NCBI GenBank assembly: GCA_964391935.1
Contig: CAYMOA010000002.1
Coordinates: forward strand, 995 to 64,994
Source: an uncultured Candidatus Saccharibacteria bacterium
GTDB taxonomy: Bacteria > Patescibacteriota > Minisyncoccia > Phycocordibacterales > UBA5272
Length of the DNA: 64,000 bases
Direction: 5' to 3'
Position numbers and translations under genes: made by a program. The notes below the pieces were generated by a model. The model did no database searches and was not told the origin of the DNA. It saw only the letters and a list, made by a program, of their open reading frames with translations. Below are positions 57,863-64,000 of this stretch, piece after piece (the stretch's first letter is position 1; each line of letters begins with the position of its first letter).

Positions 57863-58234
57863 ATGCAACCAAAGCTACCAAGTATTACAATTAAGATTTT
57901 AGAAAGTTATAAACTCTGGCACGAACTGAGGAAAACGCTTGAGAAGTTTAATAAATATTCTATTGGCTTAAAAATTGATAGTTTGTATGTTGAAATCATC
58001 GAAAGACTGTTCCAGGCTCAGTATATAAGTAAAGAGAAAAAAGTAGAAGTTTTGCAATTGGCTACAATCAAATTAGATACTTTGAAATTTTTTGTCTTCA
58101 CTCTACTAGAGATAAAAGGTACTAGTGAAGAAATATACCTAAAATTGAATGGCACATTAGAAGAAGTAGGGAAAATGCTTTACGGATGGAAACAGCAGGC
58201 ATTAAAACAAACTGAAACAAAAACTACCCAATAA
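57863..58234 (+). CDS. avd: DGR accessory variability determinant (four-helix bundle)
   Basis: KYSIG..I, LD.LK and EVGKMLYGW motifs; lies between RT and TR. Confidence 0.85.
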   Translation: MQPKLPSITIKILESYKLWHELRKTLEKFNKYSIGLKIDSLYVEIIERLFQAQYISKEKKVEVLQLATIKLDTLKFFVFTLLEIKGTSEEIYLKLNGTLEEVGKMLYGWKQQALKQTETKTTQ

Positions 58235-58261
58235 AATTGAGTAGAAAATAAATAAGTGTCG

Positions 58262-58396
58262 TCTAGGGAGCAGGAGTACACGGTCATTCGAATTCACGTC
58301 ATTGTCTAGCCAATTACCGTTCGGTTTGAACTCCGACCCATTCCAGTTCACCATCGGCACATTACAGTTACCGTTGGAGTTCCGAAAAAGAGATGT
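58262..58396 (-). ncRNA. DGR template repeat (TR)
   Basis: 135 nt matching 58726-58860 with 4 mismatches, all at TR adenines on the sense strand; rich in AAY codons. Confidence 0.93.
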
Positions 58397-58660
58397 ATAT
58401 AAAATTGTGAGTGTCACCACAGTCGTCGCCAACTGTTGAATTTATGTTAGTATCGTAATACTTAATCTTATACAGACTTTTGATTTTTTTGATCAAAAAC
58501 TTACACACGCTTTTTATAACTTCTTATGGCTATAAAAATTCTGGTTTTAAGTTTCTCGATGTGTATAGAAAATACTTTTACATATCTTCATATTCATACA
58601 CATATATTAATTATTAACCGAAATAAGATTTAATGCAAATAAAAAAAATTTTCGAGGGCT

Positions 58661-58696
58661 AGGACAAAGAACAAAAGACAAAGGATCAAAGGACAA
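58661..58696. repeat. Degenerate 7-mer tandem repeat downstream of VR
   Basis: aggacaa-agaacaa-aagacaa-aggatcaa-aggacaa. Confidence 0.6.
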
Positions 58697-58719
58697 TTCA
58701 AATTTTTAAATCACAAAGA

Positions 58720-61131
58720 TCAACTTCTAGGGAGCAGGAGTACACGGTCATTCGAATTCACGTCATTGTCTAGCCAATTACCGTTCGGTTTGAACTCCGA
58801 CCCATTCCAGTTCACCATCGGCACATCACAGTTACCGTTGGAGTGCCGAAAAAGAGAAGATGGTGTGTAATACCAATTTCCATCTTTGATGTTCGCTAAG
58901 TTAGGATTATTGGGGTTTTCTTGGATCCACTTCCAATAATCTAGGCCTGGAATATAGTATTTTTTAGATAGAACTTTAGCGGTATATTCTACAAAATGGT
59001 ATCTTTTAATACTTGTAATGTTATTTTTCTTAGCCCAAGCTTGGAAGTCTTTATCTGTGTTGGGATTCATTATTTCTGGCTTCACTTTCTTAAATAAGTT
59101 TTCTAAGTCCTTAGGGGTTGGTTGATTTAAATGAGTGACTTCTCCTGCTTTGGATTGGTCGGCAGTAATTTTTGTTTTGAAATCGAAAGTGTCTAAAGCA
59201 AACTTTTCAACAGTTTTGGGTGGATAAGTCTGTGACCAACTCTTTTTAGCAGTCTTTATTAAAAAGTCTCGTTCAGCGTTTATTTGTGCTTCTGTTTTTT
59301 GCCCCTTAAAATTCTCTGTCCTCACAGGAGTTCCATTCTCAGCCTCTCCTTTTCGAGCTTCGTCCATTACTTCATCTACTTGTTTAGTGGCTTTTTGTTT
59401 TTTAAGTTCAAAAGGGTCTAGTTCTGATAATTGCTTTATATTCAAAACTTCGACTTTTTTAGAAGCTTTTAATTCTTGATCTTTAATTTCTGTCCAATTA
59501 GATACACTTAATTCTGATTCAGATATTTTTATTTTCTCATCTGTATTTAAAGTTCGAAGTAGCCCATGAGAAGCTAGGATTTTAGCCACAAACAACTTGT
59601 CCTCCTTGTACTCCCCAAAGTTTAATTCTGTTGCAAGTCTTTCATCCAAAAATTCTACAAAACTAATTTGCTTATCTTTTTTACTTACTACTTTCCAACC
59701 TTCTATAATATTCTCAATAGTTCTTTGGTTCATGACTAGCTTTTTAAGAGCTTTGACTTTACCCAGATCACCTACACCACTTAGAGTAGCAACTTCCTGA
59801 CTCATCACTCCGTTGTATCCATCTTGGATATCTTTCATAGCTTTCAGTAAATTTGGAACTGTTTCTTCCAGGTCATATCTTGAGAATTCTGCCTGACCTT
59901 TACTATCCACAATACGAGATAGGAAAATATCAAAAGCTTCTATCGGTTGAGTGTAATTAATTTCTAAATTGTTCTGTGCAAATTCGTTAGCAACTTCTGG
60001 CGGTAGATCATTTCTTTCTAAGTTCTTTTCAGTTTTTAAGTTAGCTGTGAAAATCAATTGAAATCCTATCTGAATTTTAATACTCCCATTACCAGGAATA
60101 GAAACAGTATCTCCTACTTTTGCATTCATAATTCCTTTAATCATAGACATCTGGTCTTTTGGTAAAGCAGTAAATTCATCAAAGATACAAACACTACCAT
60201 TTTGCATAGCACGAGCCAGCGGCCCGAAATCAAAAAATGTTTTAGAGGCTCCATCTTCAACGGAAATTCCAGTTCTTCCATAGATATTTGACTCTCTGGT
60301 TTGTGGATTACAATAAATTATTTCTGGATTCTTTCCAGTTAATTCTTTAGAAGCAAACCTCGCTAATGATGTTTTACCTGTTCCTGTTGGACCATGCAAA
60401 AACATAGGCTTACCAATAGTCATTCTAATTTTTATCTGCTCTAAATATTCTTGCACACTTTCAACTTGGGCAATATGTCCTTCTTTTTTTAAATCTTCAG
60501 AAAGAGACAACAAATATGCTGATCTGAATTCGATAGGGTTGCCAACTTCCAGAGTTTGGAGTTCTGTTTCAATCTTACCAATTTCGGTTCTAAGTTCTTC
60601 GTAGAATTTTTCACTTTCTGTATTTCCATTGCTTCGAAAATCCAAAAACACACGACTTGCCGTTTCTTCAAATTCTCGTAGAGCTTTTTGTAAATCTTGG
60701 ATTCTTAAAAAGAATTTATATTTATCTTCAAAAACCTCATTTTTTAAATACAGCTCTCTTTCTTTACTACGTTTTTCCTTGACAGCTCTTTTTGCATCTC
60801 CTAATGTTCTATATTTCTCTCCAAAGTCATCTACAGCTTCGTTATAGGCTTTCAGTACTTGAATCTGTCTATTTAAGTTCATCATTTTCACACTTGGAAC
60901 ACCTTTACTTTTTGCAGTTTCTCTTTGCAGTTCAGTCTCTAGAATTTCAATCTCCTCTTTTCGCACTTCTTTCATTCTTGTTTTTCTATCCGCATTACTG
61001 GAATCTTTCGATAGTTTCGGCTTTTTAGATCCTGTCTCTTTAGGACTAGAAAAATTTAATCCTAATTTACTCCAAAATGACTGTCGAGCAAATTTTCTCT
61101 GTGTTCTCAGTTTATCGAAGTTTTCTGCCAT
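58720..61131 (-). CDS. DGR target: MoxR/AAA_5 ATPase with a C-terminal variable (CLec-like) domain
   Basis: HGPTGTGKT, GPLARAM, IFDEF and FTAN motifs; VR at the 3' end. Confidence 0.9.
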   Translation of the reverse strand: MAENFDKLRTQRKFARQSFWSKLGLNFSSPKETGSKKPKLSKDSSNADRKTRMKEVRKEEIEILETELQRETAKSKGVPSVKMMNLNRQIQVLKAYNEAVDDFGEKYRTLGDAKRAVKEKRSKERELYLKNEVFEDKYKFFLRIQDLQKALREFEETASRVFLDFRSNGNTESEKFYEELRTEIGKIETELQTLEVGNPIEFRSAYLLSLSEDLKKEGHIAQVESVQEYLEQIKIRMTIGKPMFLHGPTGTGKTSLARFASKELTGKNPEIIYCNPQTRESNIYGRTGISVEDGASKTFFDFGPLARAMQNGSVCIFDEFTALPKDQMSMIKGIMNAKVGDTVSIPGNGSIKIQIGFQLIFTANLKTEKNLERNDLPPEVANEFAQNNLEINYTQPIEAFDIFLSRIVDSKGQAEFSRYDLEETVPNLLKAMKDIQDGYNGVMSQEVATLSGVGDLGKVKALKKLVMNQRTIENIIEGWKVVSKKDKQISFVEFLDERLATELNFGEYKEDKLFVAKILASHGLLRTLNTDEKIKISESELSVSNWTEIKDQELKASKKVEVLNIKQLSELDPFELKKQKATKQVDEVMDEARKGEAENGTPVRTENFKGQKTEAQINAERDFLIKTAKKSWSQTYPPKTVEKFALDTFDFKTKITADQSKAGEVTHLNQPTPKDLENLFKKVKPEIMNPNTDKDFQAWAKKNNITSIKRYHFVEYTAKVLSKKYYIPGLDYWKWIQENPNNPNLANIKDGNWYYTPSSLFRHSNGNCDVPMVNWNGSEFKPNGNWLDNDVNSNDRVLLLPRS
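58726..58860 (-). repeat. DGR variable region (VR)
   Basis: Differs from TR at 58827, 58845, 58858 and 58860. Confidence 0.93.
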
Positions 61132-61266
61132 ATATTTTACAAACTTAGTATAGCAAAGAAAAGATTACTTGATGTGGTTAATGTTGAAAACTATTTAAAA
61201 CCACCAAATATTGAGATTTGCATTAAGCCAATCTTTTTGATAGAATTTTCTCACTAGTTTATCTAG

Positions 61267-61305
61267 AAAACAAAAAGCCAAGACTCTCTCCTGGCTTTTT
61301 GTTTT
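61267..61305. terminator. Intrinsic terminator-like hairpin downstream of tRNA-Ser
   Basis: AAAACAAAAAGCCA-n11-TGGCTTTTTGTTTT. Confidence 0.65.
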
Positions 61306-61436
61306 TTATTTGTTTACTACAGATTATTATTAGTGACGCTATGTCTAGTAGACTTGAACTGATAGGTCTCAACCGATAACGGAAAAACCATCTACGTCTT
61401 TTAAACACTAGCATTGACACCGATAATAAAATGTGT

Positions 61437-61524
61437 TGGCGGAAGCTGTGAGATTCGAACTCACGGAGAGTTGCCCCTCGCTTGTTTTCAAGACAAGTAC
61501 CTTAAACCACTCGGTCAAGCTTCC
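61437..61524 (-). tRNA. tRNA-Ser(TGA), CCA encoded
   Basis: GGAAGCT/AGCTTCC acceptor, CTTGT-CTTGAAA-ACAAG anticodon arm, long variable arm, GTTCGAATC. Confidence 0.95.
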
Positions 61525-61535
61525 ATATTATAATT

Positions 61536-61994
61536 TCACTTTTCCCCATAATGCTCCTCACAGTGACAGTTTGGGCAAATGATTTCTAAATTTTCCAATC
61601 TATTATCTTTATTGTTTCTGTTTTTATGATGAACCTGAAGAATATCAAGACTTTTATACCCGCATCTCTCACATTTTTTCCCACGATCTTCAAATAATCT
61701 TATTTTCAAACTTTGAATAGTAAACACATTATCTCTCGGTCTTCCTACTTTATATTTTATTCCTTTGCGTAATTTATTTGAACAAATTCTAGAACAGGTT
61801 TTTTCATTCTTATTTGATAAAATTTGTTTTGCACAAATCAGACACTTGGTGTATTTTTTATTATTTTCTCCGTTGCACTGTAAGCTACAAAATAGAACTC
61901 CGTTACTTCTTTTAATTTGTGCAGGTCTTCTATAGATAGCTTTCCCGCAAACAAAACATTTTGTATTCGGTTTTCTTGTGTATGGCTCGGGCAT
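61536..61994 (-). CDS. HNH endonuclease with N-terminal Cys-rich repeats
   Basis: CERCG, VHHKNRNNKDNRLENL.IICPNCH..EH and FCS..C motifs. Confidence 0.88.
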   Translation of the reverse strand: MPEPYTRKPNTKCFVCGKAIYRRPAQIKRSNGVLFCSLQCNGENNKKYTKCLICAKQILSNKNEKTCSRICSNKLRKGIKYKVGRPRDNVFTIQSLKIRLFEDRGKKCERCGYKSLDILQVHHKNRNNKDNRLENLEIICPNCHCEEHYGEK

Positions 61995-62015
61995 TAATCC
62001 AGTCTACCACATTCT

Positions 62016-62504
62016 CTAAAAAAACCGGAGAACTATTTGCTCTGTGAGGGACAATTCTTTTCTAGGATCCTCCTTCACAGATTTGCGAATTATATCATAA
62101 ACATCTTTTTTTTGCACCTCTCCTGGCATGTAAATAAATAGGTCAGGGCGAGCTGGACTTTTAAATGTAACCCGTAGATATCTCTCCCTTTCCCCAAAAA
62201 CTTCTTCAGAAAAAGAAAATGATAGAATATCAGAATATTGATAGTCTTTTTTGGCAAAATGAAAACCGTCTTGGTAAAAGCCAACGTGTACATTGCCAAA
62301 TTCATCCCCAATCTCCACCTCTTTTTCTAGAAATATAAAAATGGAAATAATTAAAACTATTAGGAAAAAAAGTAAATTACCAAAGAAAAAAGAAAAGAAA
62401 AGAGCGAAAGCTAGGAATGTTCCCAAATAAATTTGCCCTGCTGGGGCAAATTCTTTTTTAGGAATTGTGTATTCATAAAAATTTTGCACAGATTGTGGAT
62501 ACAT
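62016..62504 (-). CDS. Hypothetical membrane protein (2 TM plus PH-like domain)
   Basis: TM hairpin, then a G..F....Y.YSDI.SF pattern. Confidence 0.6.
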   Translation of the reverse strand: MYPQSVQNFYEYTIPKKEFAPAGQIYLGTFLAFALFFSFFFGNLLFFLIVLIISIFIFLEKEVEIGDEFGNVHVGFYQDGFHFAKKDYQYSDILSFSFSEEVFGERERYLRVTFKSPARPDLFIYMPGEVQKKDVYDIIRKSVKEDPRKELSLTEQIVLRFF

Positions 62505-62548
62505 ATTTTCTCTTAATTTCTATTCTACACTATTACCCCACTCTTCGT

Positions 62549-63196
62549 CTACTTTTTAGCTTCTTTTACCCCTGTTTGTAAAATCTTCATTTTTTCTTTC
62601 AAACTTCCTACAAATTGTTTTCTAAAAGTACTTTCATCTTGTACCAAGTCAGCTGTTTGCTCATCCACTTTTTTAGCTTCTGGAACTTTTATTTTTTCAC
62701 ACACATTTTCATTTAAATAGTTGGTAGTGCTCGCAACTGTTACGTCCAAGTCGTCATAGTAAATCTTTGCATCTTTAATATCATTTTTCATCTCACGGAA
62801 AATAACTCGGTCTTTTTTTTGTAGTCCCAAAAGTCCTTTTACAGAATCAAAGATATTTTCTCTGACAGAAACTTCAGAGTCGATAGTCTCCTCAACATTT
62901 TCTATTTTCTGTCTGGCGTCTGCACTGGCTGATTCTAGAGTTAATAAATTGTCGGAAGTCGCATCAAAATACTCACAAGAATCTTTTACCACATCAACAA
63001 CTGCCAAAGTTTCTGCTACATTGTCTGTAGAAGTTGCCTCTTCTTTCACTTCTCCAAAATTGAAGAAGTCAAAAGTTGGGAAACTGAGAGCCAAATCTTT
63101 ATTAGAAAAACCTGTCTCAGCATGTGCGAGAGAAGCAAAAGAAAAAACTGTCACTAGAATCAGTGTTGAAAAAGTTTTTTTAGAGATTGTTTTCAT
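62549..63196 (-). CDS. Secreted helical hypothetical protein
   Basis: Signal peptide ending AHA; coiled-coil body. Confidence 0.65.
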   Translation of the reverse strand: MKTISKKTFSTLILVTVFSFASLAHAETGFSNKDLALSFPTFDFFNFGEVKEEATSTDNVAETLAVVDVVKDSCEYFDATSDNLLTLESASADARQKIENVEETIDSEVSVRENIFDSVKGLLGLQKKDRVIFREMKNDIKDAKIYYDDLDVTVASTTNYLNENVCEKIKVPEAKKVDEQTADLVQDESTFRKQFVGSLKEKMKILQTGVKEAKK

Positions 63197-63482
63197 AGTC
63201 GAGTGTATCTATTTGATTGATAATTCTATTGTTAGAAGCTTCTATCTGAGCTAGGTCACTGTTAATTTTACTGGTCTCACCAATATAGAAAAAGAAAGCG
63301 AAAACAAAAGCCATTGCCGGAACAGCGAAAGCAATAGACAACGCTTTTTTGTAAATAAATGAGTAGGCAGGGAATCTAAACTCCGGAACCTCTACAGTTT
63401 CAAAACGCAAACTTTTTATTTGGTTTATTTCTACTGCGTATTCTTGCTCAAACTTTTCTAATTTATTATTTTTTTCAAACAT
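63180..63482 (-). CDS. Single-TM protein, possible anti-sigma factor
   Basis: Directly downstream of the ECF sigma; one TM. Confidence 0.5.
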   Translation of the reverse strand: MFEKNNKLEKFEQEYAVEINQIKSLRFETVEVPEFRFPAYSFIYKKALSIAFAVPAMAFVFAFFFYIGETSKINSDLAQIEASNNRIINQIDTLDYENNL

Positions 63483-63487
63483 ATTTT

Positions 63488-64000
63488 CTAATTTTGTTTA
63501 TTGGCGACCTTTTTTAAATTCTGCAGACCACGGGAAACTCTTTGGCGAATATTTTCTTCTGATGTTTTGTAAATCTTGGAAAGTTCTTTGTATTCCATTT
63601 CTTCCAAGAATCGAAGTATGAGCAGCTCCCTTTCTTCTTTTTTAAGTTGATTGAGTAGGTTTAGAACCTTTTGTCTTTGTTCACTTTTTTCGAAAGATTC
63701 CTCCGGAAGAGGAAGATCCCCAGCAAAGTCATCAAAGTCTCCTGCTTCCCCAAACTCATCGCTCTCGTTTTTATTTAAAAGATCGGTTTGGAGACGGAAC
63801 TTGGCACTTCTCCACTTATCAATCATTCGCTGTCTAGCAATGATGTAAAGGAAATTTTTAGCAGAAGCCTCGTCTGGTAAACCATCCTCACTATTAACCC
63901 AAGAGTTGTAAGCTTTTAAAAAAACATCTTGGACAATGTCTTTGACCTCGTCCAGGTCATTTATCCTCAAGCGAACAAACGAAAAAACCTTCCCGTAGAG
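63488..64000 (-). CDS. ECF sigma factor (5' end beyond the window)
   Basis: DIVQDVFLKA, FLYIIARQRMID and region-4 HTH; frame open to the window edge. Confidence 0.9.
   Translation of the reverse strand, partial: LYGKVFSFVRLRINDLDEVKDIVQDVFLKAYNSWVNSEDGLPDEASAKNFLYIIARQRMIDKWRSAKFRLQTDLLNKNESDEFGEAGDFDDFAGDLPLPEESFEKSEQRQKVLNLLNQLKKEERELLILRFLEEMEYKELSKIYKTSEENIRQRVSRGLQNLKKVANKQN

Noticed and set aside
58202-58432. 76-aa ORF as a separate gene
   Set aside because: It is the translation of TR and overlaps the avd end; TRs are often open because they mirror VR.
61437-62015. HNH gene inside a tRNA intron
   Set aside because: tRNA-Ser is complete and uninterrupted, and no tRNA half is visible upstream of the HNH.
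208-63848. Many short antisense or nested ORFs in the track (e.g. 5384-5794, 9249-9737, 14305-14841, 35905-36315)
   Set aside because: They are shadows of well-supported genes on the other strand or frame and show no motifs.

Overview
AT-rich bacterial window in genetic code 11. Gene content (DUF1653, tandem DUF1761, PIF1-type helicase, tRNA-Arg(GCG), promoters sitting just upstream of start codons) suggests a Patescibacteria/CPR genome; this is an inference. 1-24.9 kb holds mostly housekeeping genes on the minus strand. 25.0-41.7 kb is an accessory island. It has seven related ~96-nt imperfect palindromic repeats, each separating one minus-strand gene or small operon, and ends in a large serine recombinase (LSR). 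The LSR 3' end carries the missing half of the same site: joining it to the right half of a repeat rebuilds a symmetric attP-like site and adds a conserved peptide to the LSR. This suggests an integron-like cassette array driven by a serine recombinase, and is the top candidate for a novel system. Cargo includes a CsoR-controlled metal operon with an unannotated 27-aa, 9-Cys peptide and a two-gene CBASS-like locus. 42-54.8 kb is a second LSR element (XRE/ImmA, two MTases, terminase-small-like genes, and a type III R-M module flanked by direct repeats). 54.8-61.1 kb is a diversity-generating retroelement (RT, inverted avd, TR) placed between a MoxR/AAA_5 target gene and its VWA partner. The window ends with tRNA-Ser, an HNH gene and an ECF sigma cluster. 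All family calls come from motif recognition by eye; no searches were run.
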